Positions 37,345-50,010 of a stretch of 64,000 nucleotides of DNA are shown piece after piece. Position 1 is the stretch's first letter. Every line of letters begins with the position of its first letter. The translations under genes were made by a program, and so were the position numbers. The notes under the pieces are model-generated. The model saw nothing but the letters and a program-made list of their open reading frames with translations, did not search any database and was not told the DNA's origin. The DNA comes from Octopus bimaculoides (Eukaryota), in contig NC_068991.1 in NCBI RefSeq assembly GCF_001194135.2, positions 72,762,729-72,826,728 of the forward strand, read 5' to 3'.

Positions 37345-37780
37345 TTGTTGCGGTGTGGTGGCTTGTGCTCCTCCATTGTCACGAGAGCCAGCGGAACCGA
37401 AGATCCTGGTAGAGCCTTCCATGCTGAACAAGTCAAAGGTCAGCGACTAGAATAATATCGACCGCCTCTTCCTAAAAGTAAAAGTGGGTTTGCATAGGGC
37501 CAGAAACCCCTACCTAGAAAAAAAAAACAAACAAACAAAGTAACAAAAGCAGCGATATTCAATTCAAAACCAACAAGATCTGGTGGAAGAAGGCCTTTCC
37601 TTAAGGAGATAATATTGTTAGTCTCCGAGGGAGACAGGTGAGAGGAAGCCCTAAAACAGCTGGCAGCAGGATAGTGAGGTAGAGCTTAAAAAGCAGGGAT
37701 CCAACTGGAGAGAACAAGAAAAGACAGTCCAAAGTCAATAGAGTAGAGAAAAGTTGTCGATCGAAGGGCTTAAGTAACAC
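37345..37780 (+). mobile_element. Internally deleted RTE-clade element (5'UTR-like block joined to ORF C-terminus)
   Basis: CCTTGTTGCGGTGTGGTGGCTTG...CTGGTAGAGCCTTCCATGC block, then ERKP*NSWQQDSEVELKKQGSNW (RGRP..W.R..E.EL-like). Confidence 0.55.
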
Positions 37781-39036
37781 GCGTAGTATGTAAGTGTAAA
37801 TTAAAGAAAAGGGGACAGAAAAACTGTAGCAAGGTAGGAAAGGATGTATTGAAAAAGACTTAGAAAAAGAACAGAATGGTTGTTGAAAAAAAGTTTGAGA
37901 AACTAAGCGTATAGCAATGGATCCACATATAGGCAGTGAAAAAACACACACATAAATACAAGCATACATACATACATACATACATACGCACACATGTACA
38001 CATACATACGTAAATGCTTATACATCATTTGGAACTTGGACACTGATTACCATTCGTCTAATGTTGTCTTGTCTGTATATGCCTTAGATGGTTCGTCTAA
38101 GCCAGATACAGACAAAGCGCATACACCATTTTCTATAATAGATACAACAACCCGCTGGTCACTGCTTTCACGTAGTGATAATTAAAAAAAAAAAACANNN
38201 NNNNNNNATAATTAAAAAAAAAAAAACACTTCCGGTTTTACACACACACACATTGAAGAGAGAGAGAGAGAGAGAGAAAGAGCGGGCGAGAGAGAGGAGT
38301 GAAGGGACTGACTGAGTGAGTGAAAGAGAGCTCAAATTTCGAAAATTTATAACCTCAACTATACATTTTTCTTTCGTAATCTTTTAAGATATTCTGGTGT
38401 GTTAGGGCGTACTTGGGGGGTGAATTTAGGGAATAAAATATGCTATTTTATGAAACCCGTGAATTGCAGCCGGCATGTTTCACGATTTTCATAAGGACAG
38501 TGGTGCGGTCTTTTATTTTTGAGTTCTGGTCAGATGAATGTAACACGAAGTTAACATAAACGTAATTTTGCGTTGTGAATAGAAAATGTTTGGAAACTAA
38601 TGTCCTTGATGGCGGTTAGGGGATAAAATTACGTTGTATGTAAATGAATTCCTCGTCGAGAATCGATTAGATGCCGAAATAGCTATACATCTGACATTCC
38701 TAACAGTATTGATGAGCGCAGTAGAAAGAGTAGAAGTACGTTTGTAATGGAGAAACATGCGAAATGATAATTTAATTTCTGGTATTATTAGCAGATAAAT
38801 TGCAAATGGAAAACAAAATGTACAGAGCTAATATGCACAAGGAGAGAAAATTCTTTGTATATTCCACATTAGGTTAATCTAACAAGCCGAACTTGTACAG
38901 TTGCTTCTATATCAATATTTGCTATGTCATCAGAAAAAAGAAAAAGAAAAAGAAAACCAAATTTGTTTTAGATCTCGTTGCTTTGCTGGCTCATAGTTCG
39001 ATATGCGTATAAAATGAATTATATATATGTGTGTGT

Positions 39037-39091
<55 letters not shown>

Positions 39092-39154
39092 TGTGTATGT
39101 ATCGGAGCTCTTTCGTTAACGAAATCATTCTAGTCTATGCAATGATTCCGTGTC

Positions 39155-39205
<51 letters not shown>

Positions 39206-40926
39206 GAGTGTATGTGTGTATGTGTGTATGTGTGTGTGTGAGTGAATGTGGATATTTGTGTTGATAAATTTGTGTGCAAGCTACCGTGTATATCTATGTA
39301 TATAGGATTGTGTTTATTTTAGAATCCGTGCTTGTTATATAAGTGTCACTATTTGTATGTGTGTGAAGCTTTATTTGGGACATTCGTGTATCTGTTTGCG
39401 TGGTTCTTTTTATTGAATTATGTAAGCGATTGCATGTGCTTGAGTGATTGTGTCTGTATGTGTTTGTGTAAAAGTACATACGAAATTGCATATGCGCCCA
39501 TGTGTTTGTCTTTGGATGCTGTCTAGAAGAGGCGATGTAATTTTTCATTTTCAGTATCAGATCCGTTAGTAAGAAAATAACCTCTTAAAACATCGATGTC
39601 ATTAAATGTGTTTTAGTCTTGAGGGATGTTTAAAAACCAGCCTCTGCCTTCTGCTGGCCACATCATCCCGCTCGCTCCGGTCGATATTTTCCATCAACTA
39701 AAGAAAGCTAGATTTTTCCACACTAACATCCGTTTGTGCACTGATCTTGTAAAGAAATTCACCTCTCAAATAGTTTCGTATTGATTTCAGAATAAGAATA
39801 TTATTTATGTCGTTGCTTGGAAATATTTGTTTTCATCGAAATACCATTTCTTATCTTCTTCTTTATATCCAATTTATTTAGTATTCGATGAACAAAGCTA
39901 TGCTGAGTAAACACCATGGTGTTACAGATGAAGAAAAAATATGTAAAGAATGAAAACAAAGTTATTCCCAGAGCACAAACACTGTATATACACACACATA
40001 TACACACACATATACACACACATATACACACACATACTTAGACACATATTCTCATGTACAAACAACACACATTTATAGACGAAGAAAGGCACACAAATAG
40101 ACTTTCCACTAAGCGCGCTTTTAGTTTCTGTTTACCTAAACAACCCGCACGACGTGCACCAGTTTCTTTCTCTCCCGCGTTTATTAATTCTAACGAACAA
40201 TACACACACCTACCCCTCATGCATGCCAACACAAACACACATTAATTCAGTTATACATGCAGAACAAACGTAAACATTTTCATTTATTTCTACCATTTAA
40301 TTATTAAACTTACACACACACACACACACACACACACACTGTTTTCATCCAAAACTTAAACAAATCCTCTCAATGAACTCACATAAACATTAAGGATAAA
40401 CTCTAATTCACATACATAAATACATACATCATACATACACACACATATATACTTACATAAATACACACATAATTTGCACACACACACACACACACACACT
40501 TAAATATATATGTATACATATTTAATCTTTTATTCCTTTTACAATGCTCACATTTACAAACAGATGTATTGTAAATATTTTACATCCATCGTGCATTCTC
40601 ATAAACTCATCTTACACTTTCCAGTTTCCTATGCATTATCCCCTTGATAGAACCAGCAAACAGTAGACTGGTCGGCTGTATATGTTTGTGTTCTTGTCCA
40701 TGAGACTTAACTACCAATGTCTTAGATATTATGCTTGAATTTCTGAGAAGAGAAATTATTATTATTGTTTAACCGACCATTGTAAGCGAGAATAACTCGG
40801 TAGCTTGTACCACGATTTCACAAATTACCTTAACGTGCTTGCGCAGTTGTGAGCAGACATAAAATTCTCTCGGACGTCCCGTAGCTTACAATAGCTGGGA
40901 TGATGTATCTCTATTGACTCTCAGTT

Positions 40927-41030
<104 letters not shown>

Positions 41031-41822
41031 AAGGGTATGTATATGTGTATATGTATATAGAGATATACATATACACATATACATATTTATGACGAACACT
41101 CGCCAAAAACTGTCGGAACCTTGCGTGGGACACCATTAATTCAGTTTGTAATGAACGCTGTTATTCCTCTTTATACGGTAACTATCTACTTTCCACTCTG
41201 ACGGGTTACTCTTTCTCTCACATTCATTGAAAAAAAACAAAAACAAAACCTTTTACTGAAAATCATTGAGATATTCGATGCAGACTTGAATGCACCGTGC
41301 ACAGATTTGTTACAAACAACTTGGCTGGATACGACAACCTAAACAACACCGAAGAAGCTCCGGAGACAAATATCATCGAAAAATGTAAACAAAAATATGA
41401 TTAGTTGCAGTTATAGAAGATGCGGCAACTATAAATTACATTTCTTCTGGGGGTTATGAACTCAATAATGACTCATATAATTGATATGAAATGACAAAGA
41501 CTGAAGACCTACTAATGCTCTCCCAACCAACTCCCCCATCTCCCTCGGGAGAAAGCGGGGAGGGCTGGGTTGGTTGGGAGGGAGCAGAGAGGGCATTAAT
41601 AGTGGTTTCAGTTTTTGTACTCTGTGTAAGTTTCCTCTGTTTAATACATAAATATTTGTATATTTATACTTGAAAACTCATCGTCTGGAAAGCTTCAGTC
41701 TTTCCTTTCTCTCTCTTCATGTGTATACAGTTATGTATATTTCGTATATCTAACCCAACCAGCTTTATTTGTTCATTTGCATCATCGGCTACACATACAC
41801 CCCTCCCCACACAAATATATAT

Positions 41823-42256
41823 CTCTTTATTGCCCACAGGGGGCTAAACATACAGGAGACAAACAAGGACAGACAAAGGGATTAAGTCGATTACATCGAC
41901 CCCTGTGCGCAAATGGTACTTATTTAAGCGACCACGAAAGGATGAAAGACAAAGTGGACCTCGGCGGAATTTGAACTGAGAACGTAAAGACAGACGGAAT
42001 ACCGCTAAGCATTTCGCCCGGCGTGCTAATGTTTCTTATTTCTTTATTGCCCACAGGGGGCTAAACATAGAGGGGACAAACAAGGACAAACAAAGGGATT
42101 AAGTCGATTACATCGACCCCACTGCGCAACTGGTACTTATTTTACGCGACCCCGAAAGGATGAAAGGCAAAGTCGACCTGGGTGGAAATTGAACTGGGAA
42201 CGTAAAGACAGACGAAATATTGCTAAGCATTTCGCCCGGCGTGCTAACGTTTCTGG
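41823..42256 (-). mobile_element. Tandem dimer of SINE family A, 217-bp period
   Basis: TTTATTGCCCACAGG at 41826 and 42043. Confidence 0.9.
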
Positions 42257-42687
42257 CTTAAAGGGTATTGCGAAAGGTCTGGTTGAAAACCCTCCCCCGA
42301 CCCAAAAAAAAAAACAGTTCTTTTACAGGACTTAGAAAAACTGAAGGACTACTACAATAAGTGTATGAATCTGTGAGGGTAATATTTTGAATAAAATCAT
42401 AATTAACTGATTTTCCTGTATTTTATTTTACCAAAAGCCAGGAACTTTTCAGCACCCACTCTTATTCAGGAAAATCCCAAAACGTTCCTTTTTGATTTAG
42501 TTTTATGAATAGAAGGAAATGAACTTCCCGTGGAGCTAGCTAAATTATTTCACAACGAATCAGTTACGTTAATAAGCAACATTTATTGAGCACGGGCGGG
42601 AGTGTTTCATTGGAATTATAATCTTGAAAGTGTGAACGGTGCACAAATATTTGTAGGCAGAGATACTTCTGGAATAAAGGTACAATA

Positions 42688-43068
42688 GTGGAGGCGCAAT
42701 GGCCCAGTGGTTAAGGCAGAGGACTCGCGGTCATAGGGTCGCGGTTTCGATTCCCAGACCGGGCGTTGTGAGTGTTTATTGAGCGATAACACCAAAAGCT
42801 CCACGAGGCTCCGGTAGGTGGCGAACCCTGCTGTACTCTTTCATCACAACTTTCCCTCACTCTTACTTCCTGTTTCTGTTGTGCCTGTAATTCAAAGGGT
42901 CAGCCTTGTCACACTGTGTCACGCTGAATATCCCCGAGAACTACGTTAAGGGTACACGTGTCTGTGGAGTGCTCAACCACTTGCACGTTAATTTCTCGAG
43001 CAGGCTGTTCCGTTGATCGGATCGACTGGAACCCTCGACGTCGTAAGCGACGGAGTGCCAACAACAAC
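42688..43068 (+). mobile_element. Young full-length tRNA-derived SINE, family C, with 15-bp TSD
   Basis: A-box TGGCCCAGTGG, B-box GGTTTCGATTCC, (CAA)n tail; TSD AATAAAGGTACAATA / AACAAAGGCACAATA (13/15). Confidence 0.92.
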
Positions 43069-45492
43069 AACAAAGGCACAATAACAAGGCTAACACTGTG
43101 TGTAACAGCAGAGCGGTTTCGTGCGGTTACAAGGTTACCCAGCAGTAGAGCCGACTGCTTACATTAAGGTAAGCAGTCTCTGATTGATGCAGAAACAACA
43201 ACAATAACAGTATTAGGAAGTGGAAGAACGAGGAATAAAAACAAATGCATTGTATTTTGATTAAAATATTTCGAGAAGCTTTGCAAATTCCCGCCAGAAG
43301 ACTGGCCATATATGGTAAGATTTCACTCATTTGATGTACCGAGTGATTAATGAGATCGGGGGTGGTAATACTTACAAGTTAGTTTGATTTATTTATTTAT
43401 TTATTTGTGCAAACTACGACTTGTTCTCTAAGTCCACTCAACAGTTTCTTATCGGAACCTTGTAGATACTGAGGAAGCAAGCAAAAACCAAAAACAGTAA
43501 ACAACTGTCATCATGTACGTGGAAAAACAGTAAAAGAGAGAGAAAAAAAGATCGGAGATCTGTCGAAGAATGCCTGTTACGCGACGATGCTTATCACATA
43601 CAAACAAACAAATAACTACACTTTTCATTAACGAAATATAAAAAATAAAGGGACAATACATGGAGATAGTAAAAAAAATATATATTTGAGTTTAAATTGA
43701 TCACTTACAAACAGGGATTCAAGGCTGTCAGTGAGAAACTCTGTTATCAGATAAGAGTAGCTTGAAGACAAATAAAGAAAAAAGAAAAAAAGCATGAAAC
43801 TGTTGAAGTTAATCATTTGTTTACAGAAATATGAGACAGTGAGAAATCGCAGTCTTCCTCTTAGGAAAGTATGCATTCATTATGAAGAAGATATCTGAAG
43901 TGAGAAAAAGCATTTCAACACCAGGATGTAGTATGGCTGGAACAAATCCACAAGAATTATTGTCGCTGCATTTCGCGAAATACATACAGTAACAACAGTT
44001 GTAATCTTGAGACAGTGAAAACTACTTCAGGACAGGAGAGCAATACACAGAGACTTGATTATTGATTTCTGATAGAAATAATCGACCTTCTGTTGGATTT
44101 ACGAATTTACTTTTTACCATTGGGGTGTGGATATAACTAAGCCGTCTGTCTTTGGCAGAAATAAATCAGGTACCACACACACAAAACAAAGAAAAATAAA
44201 CAAAGTTACGAGGTTACAACTACTGACCAATAACATGTAAAAAATTGTATACATTTTGTCTGAATCTGTTCCTCTAGAATAATTGTGATAGCAACAATAT
44301 CATGACAGTCTACTAGCAAGACAAGGGAGTGTGAGCTAGGGATGTAATGAACACTTTCTAATCAACAAAAGTGTGGTACTGGAGGTGCAACGAAATAGGG
44401 GTTCAGTTAAAGTCTGGTTCCGTTACAAGTCATCGTTCGGAATTCCGCAGTTTATGGAAAAATATTAACAGCTAATGTCTTATAATTAGCTGGCAGCTCC
44501 GTTAGTGACAGCAATATGACAAGAAATTCTTTGATATATTTAATATAATTGAGAGAAACACAAAGCATCTCAAAATAATACAGTAACGAAAGAGTTAAGC
44601 TGAAGTCTGCATCAATATCACTTGAGAGGGTTTGCAACGGTAATGGCCATTATATCTACCTCCTCAAGTTTAACTCATGAATTGTGAGCTGCATGTTCCA
44701 GAGATGATAAGGAGTTAGTACTAACGAAAATGTCGGTGACTTGTTTGACGTCATTTTGGTCTCAGAAAAATTCTGTAGTATCGTGCACTTAGCTGCACGT
44801 AGGCACAACATTCTACAATGAGAATAATATTTCAGCTTTTTACTCGGGCAAGTGTTAAAGATGAATAAAATTCCACCTGTATGTTTGTTATAGACACTTC
44901 GTGAAGAACACTTTACTGGTGATATTTTGATGACGGAGAATACGATGAATCGTGAAGCCTATTTCCATATTGCCGCTGACAGATCGCTGTGTCGGAGGAC
45001 ATCTAATTAAACTTTGAATAACAATTCAGCAATTTACATCTGAGAGATCGCATTCTGATTCCGCTACGTCTGTCAGAATCTTTGATAAAATAACAGAAGT
45101 GACGAGTGTAACGATATTGAAAGATACCTAAAAATACGGATCTGATCGATATTCTAAAGTATTTCCTACAAAACAGATACTTAATAATTCCGGGGAAACA
45201 ATCGTCTGACATTAAATAATATTGATTCTGACATGACTTACCTTGTTGTTCTTGGGGAAAATATATATTTCTAGCTAGAAATTTCTTATATACTACATTT
45301 CCATTTCTTAATTTACGATATGTTGGTGTCATTTTCTAATAAAAATGATATTCCAGAAATAATTTTCGAGATAATGTAGTAGAGGTTAAAGAATATTGAA
45401 GTTAGGAATATAGACTTAACCGAAAACTATACAGACCGGTCAATGCCCGTGTGGTTATCGTAATATAAAATATATCCGCAAGCACACACGCC

Positions 45493-45549
<57 letters not shown>

Positions 45550-46784
45550 AGACATACATGCATACATATATATATATATATATATATATAAACATNNNNN
45601 NNNNNNNNNNNNNNNNNNNNNNNNNNNNNNNNNNNNNNNNNNNNNNNNNNNNNNNNNNNNNNNNNNNNNNNATATATATATATATATATATATACATATG
45701 TATGTCTGTATGTATATACCTACATATATATACATATACACACACATATATATATATATATATGCATATATATGCATGTGTATGTATATGTATGTCAATA
45801 TCAATACATCTACGCACACACTCACACACACACACACACACATTCTCAATCATTCTCTTCTCAAGTTAAAACTGCAAGCGAAACGGATATCTTTCAATAC
45901 CTTTAGCTATAATTCTTTCATTCCTCTCTCTACTCTCTATTTATCGCTATCTCTGCCAATATACACGTAGAAATATATCAAAGAAACCTTATCTGAGTAA
46001 TTTAAAACTTCATTTCTCTGTCACATCGTCCTGTGTTCTATCTATACTATTGTGCGGTGTAGCACGCTCAATTATTTGCTATCAGAGTTTCGTGTTGTTT
46101 AAAACATTTTGAATGAAACAATAGAATTGTCTGTCTGCTGACACCAGTACCAGAGTAAGAAAACCAGGTTTGATTCCAGGTCATATCTAATCCACATAGC
46201 CAGCCCAATGTACTTTAAGAAAGGCACTGGTGTTTGGCCATAAAAATTCGAGTAATTAACTCTTTGTTAGTAAATAAACCCGATTCGGATATTTGTGGTT
46301 TTCGTCACTGTACAATTATCTTGAAAAAGTTTTTTTAATGTATAATATAGACGTAACGTTTGATGCTGAATCCGAATTTGTTATTTACTCCAGAAAAATT
46401 TTGCAAAAATGTTACAGGTGTTCAAAGTTTGATAATTTTCAAAATTTTCAGCCAATCAGAAACCAGTGCGTTCGCTGCTTCTTCCATTATTAGGGGTTAG
46501 GGGGCACCACCATGTCAAAACATTAAAATATAGTGAAAAACATTCGCGAGCGAATTAAATATTTGAAATCTATGAAGAAACCAACAGGAGTTGCTAGAAA
46601 TAACAGTAAAAAATTGCTTAAAACAGACATTTATTAGTTTAAAATATTCAAGAACGTAAGTTTGCAATATATTCTAGGAGTTTACAAAATAAATTATCTT
46701 TCTCATGTCTCCCTCTCAACATAAATTCACAAAGATGAGAGTCAACCATGGAACTGTATGTTCCACACCGGCGTTGTTTATCTT

Positions 46785-47766
46785 AATACAGGTTTCCATA
46801 TGCTGTTCATATCTGCAATCGGTCTACTTAGGAGGTTGTTGTGTCCTAGCATATGTGATGCTTCTTTTAGTTTTCGTATTTTCCAGTGGTGCCCGGCGTA
46901 CTAACGATTTTGTCAGCTTGCCGCCTTAATAATATTATCAATGCAAGTAGCTTAGACAGGCAGAAAATCTGAGATTCATTGTAAACTGTCCACAGTCTGT
47001 CTACTGTATGTGAAAAGCCCCTCCGAAAAGATACAAAAGATATGCGGCCCATATGACGTCAGGACAGTATTCAAAAGTAATACAGCACTTCGCAGACATC
47101 TCCTTCGAGTAAAACCACCAACCGAAGAGAATATGACCAAGAACCGCGTATACTCCATCCCATGCAGCTGTAGTAGGTTATACAAAGGCAAATCATGCCG
47201 TCCCCTCAAAAAAAAGGGGCAGAAGAACATCGCAAAACTGTGATCCGGGGAGATATTGATAAATCAGGTATAGCTGATCATGTATGAAAAAATGGAGACC
47301 GCCTCCCCCTGTAGGATGAAGTTAAAATAATAGAGAGAGAAAACCACTGGAAAATAAAAAAAAGACTAAAAGAAGCAGCACATATGTTAGGACACAACAA
47401 CCTCCTAAGTAGACTGCGTTTAGATAGAAACCGGTATTTAGAAAGGATAGAAGAATATTAGATTTATAAGCCCTAAAATTCACTCCATAATTGCCCACGG
47501 GCATATGGCGTTGTGGTTAAGAGCGCGGGCTACTAACTCCAAGATTCTGAGTTCGACCGGAGTAATAGTATTAATAATAATGTTATTAATAATGTTATTA
47601 TTAATAATAATAATGCTATTAATAATATTAATAATAATAATAACAACCCAAGTTCGAAATTTCCCCAAGACACCCGATGAAAGCTGGAGGGTATATTTCA
47701 CGGATATTAACGTTGTGTTAATGTAAATAATGTACATAATTCCTCATCTCTTAAATATAGAACTGT
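46785..47766 (+). mobile_element. Penelope-like retroelement 3' fragment with inverted upstream partial pLTR
   Basis: GIY-YIG-like relic on plus strand; 46822-46890 is the reverse complement of 47343-47414; tail with decayed CCGATGA-AAGCTG motif. Confidence 0.8.
46990..47440 (+). pseudogene. Penelope GIY-YIG endonuclease relic
   Basis: YVKSPSEKIQKICGPYDVRTVFKSNTALRRHLLRVKPP...RVYSIPCSCSRLYKGKS; further GIADH-, HWKI- and KEAAHMLGHNNLLSR-like segments in shifted frames. Confidence 0.8.
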
Positions 47767-47803
47767 ACTTGCTCTGGTCCTGTACCATCATTATCATAAT
47801 TGA

Positions 47804-48017
47804 TAAGGCGTAGAATTGGAAGACTCATTTGCACTCTGGACAAAGTATTGAGCGGCATTTCGTCCGTCTCTGCATTCTGCATCCAAATTCCACCAAGGTC
47901 AACTTTGTCTTTCATCGTTTCGGGGTCGATTAAATAAGTGCCAGTTGAGCACAGGGGTCGATGATGCCATCCTTATAAAATTTCAGGCCTTCTGCTTATA
48001 GTAGAAAGGACTATTAT
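47804..48017 (+). mobile_element. SINE family A, degenerate
   Basis: CAAATTCCACCAAGGTCAACTTTG...TTCGGGGTCGAT...AAATTTCAGGCCTT. Confidence 0.75.
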
Positions 48018-48546
48018 CGTATCGTCATTGTTACACCCCGTCCCGTTATACTTGCATTGCATCTTTCAGAGGTCGATAAAATAATATGAGAGTTGTATGC
48101 TAGTATTGATTAAATCGACATTACTCAACTCCTAAAATAATGTCACTCTATGGGTGTATTGCAAATCCTTGTGGTTACAAACATCATAACGAGTAACAAA
48201 GATGGAATAAATTTGATTGCATTGTAGCGTAGCAGACCCATGATAGAAAAACATTCAATTTGTCACCATTTAAACTTCTTAGTGTATGAAATTGTACGAA
48301 TGCACCTTCGTAGCAGAAATTTTGCATAAGTGCTACCACTTGGAAAGTGGGAGCCCATTATTGTATCTCCCTGAAATATGGAAGATACGTCGAGTAAGGT
48401 CATGAAAACGCACCCCTGAACATGTCATAAGGCCTTAACCCATGTGGTATTTTGTGTGATCTGTTATTTTTAGCTCCAGAGCAGAAACAGAAAAAGAATA
48501 TTCTTTATTAGTCAATGACCGCAATAGCCACTGCAAAAGTTGCTGA

Positions 48547-48860
48547 GAGAAAAAATAATTAATTTACAGTAATTATATAAATTAGCATGTTATTTTGGAT
48601 TGTTTTTTTAAACTTGAGAATAAAATTTGTATTTTAGGTTCTAGTTTAGTTTATTTTTTTATGTGTGTATTTTTATGAAGCTCAGTCCTGACTGGAAAGT
48701 AAAAAAAAATCCGAGTTAATTAATTTCCCCGGGCAAAATGAAAATTAAAGACTGTCAGCATATTTTTAAAGTAATTTATCCTAAATATAGTGAATTAATG
48801 TAATTATGCTTATTTTCGATATTAATAAAATCAAACAAACTTGGGTATGGCTGTTCGCTT
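48547..48860 (+). repeat. About 315-bp direct repeat, copy 1
   Basis: GAGAAAAAATAATTAATTT...TTGGGTATGGCTGTTCGCTT recurs at 49691-50010. Confidence 0.9.
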
Positions 48861-49241
48861 CTATATAAGGATATCTTTTTTAATGTACTATGATATTTGA
48901 CGTACTATTTTTCCTATTTCTAGCAGGTCGAGAAATTGTATACATGCTCCCTTGTTTATTTTTGATGTAGTTCATTACAGTGTTCACGTTTCGTGGTCAT
49001 CGTTGTTCATAAGCTTCATGTCAACTGTGTTCCAGGGGAAACGTGATCAAATAACTCCCTGCCGTATCAACATGCTTTCATATGACATCTAGGCAAAGCA
49101 TAGCGATGGGTTTAGAACTTCGCTTCGCAACTGCGTGGTTTGAAGTTCAGTCACTCTGCTACAGAATCCGTCCTAACAAATTCCCTTCTCAGGAAGGGAA
49201 ATTGTTCGACGGTGTGTGTGAAACCTCTCTCTATATATAGG

Positions 49242-49450
49242 AGAATGGAGATTGGGAAGTTAATAATTGTTTATTATCAACAGCAAATCAGTCATCTTCA
49301 TTTACGGCCGTTTCTATTAACACTCAATAACCATTAAATTCAAATGTAAATTTAATGTTTATTGAGGGTTAATAGAAAACGGCTGTAAGTAAAGATGACC
49401 GATTTGCTGTTAATAATAAATAATTACTAACTTCCCAATCTCCATTTTCT
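49242..49450. mobile_element. About 209-bp near-perfect palindromic element
   Basis: ATGGAGATTGGGAAGTTAATAATTGTTTATTATCAACAGCAAATC mirrors GATTTGCTGTTAATAATAAATAATTACTAACTTCCCAATCTCCAT; loop about 8 nt near 49340-49347. Confidence 0.85.
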
Positions 49451-49594
49451 TCTTCTTTTAAACGAATATAAACTATATATTTTTATATATACCTATTATT
49501 TTAAGGAAATTAATTTCCCCCAGATATTAGGTATTGAACCAGCATTTCCTTGGATGAAACCATCCTTCATGGGGTTAACAAAATCTCAAATTAA

Positions 49595-49643
<49 letters not shown>

Positions 49644-49690
49644 ATCTATATATTTAGGGGTTTCACACACTTTCTGTCTAAAGTTACTGG

Positions 49691-50010
49691 GAGAAAAAAT
49701 AATTAATTTTCAATAATTATATAAATTAGCATCATATTTTGGATTGCTTTGTTAAACTTTAGAATAAAATTATATTTTAGGTTCCATTTTAGTTTATTTT
49801 TATGAGTGCATTTTAATGAAACTCAACTTGAACTATCTTCTGACTGGGAAGTAAAAAAAATCCGAGTTAATTAATTTCCCCGGGCAAATGAAAATTAAAG
49901 TCTGCCAGCATATTTTTAAAGTAATTTATCCTAAATATAGGGAATTCATGTAATTATGCTTATTTTCGATATTAATAAAATCAAACAAAGTTGGGTATGG
50001 CTGTTCGCTT
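49691..50010 (+). repeat. About 320-bp direct repeat, copy 2, followed by a Penelope-like tail (to about 50180)
   Basis: See copy 1; the downstream block shares sequence with the minus strand of 2640-2830. Confidence 0.85.

Noticed and set aside
38178-38227. ATAATTAAAAAAAAAAACA duplicated across a 10-N gap
   Set aside because: Typical contig-overlap artefact.
38449-38494. Hairpin TTATGAAA..CGTGAA/TTCACG..TTTCATAA
   Set aside because: Short, with no extension and no second copy.
41349-41370. CCGAAGAAGCTCCGGAGACAAA, hammerhead-like
   Set aside because: Both core halves are mutated; chance cannot be excluded.
42690-42765. tRNA-like sequence (also other SINE heads)
   Set aside because: Continues into SINE body and tail and lacks a proper acceptor stem, so it is not a tRNA gene.
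43449-44640. Hydrophobic minus-strand ORFs resembling a membrane receptor
   Set aside because: Stops about every 15-20 codons; hydrophobicity is explained by T-rich composition; no family motif.
45241-45335. Minus-strand candidate exon with CAAG|GTAAGT donor
   Set aside because: Weak acceptor, unrecognisable peptide and no partner exon.
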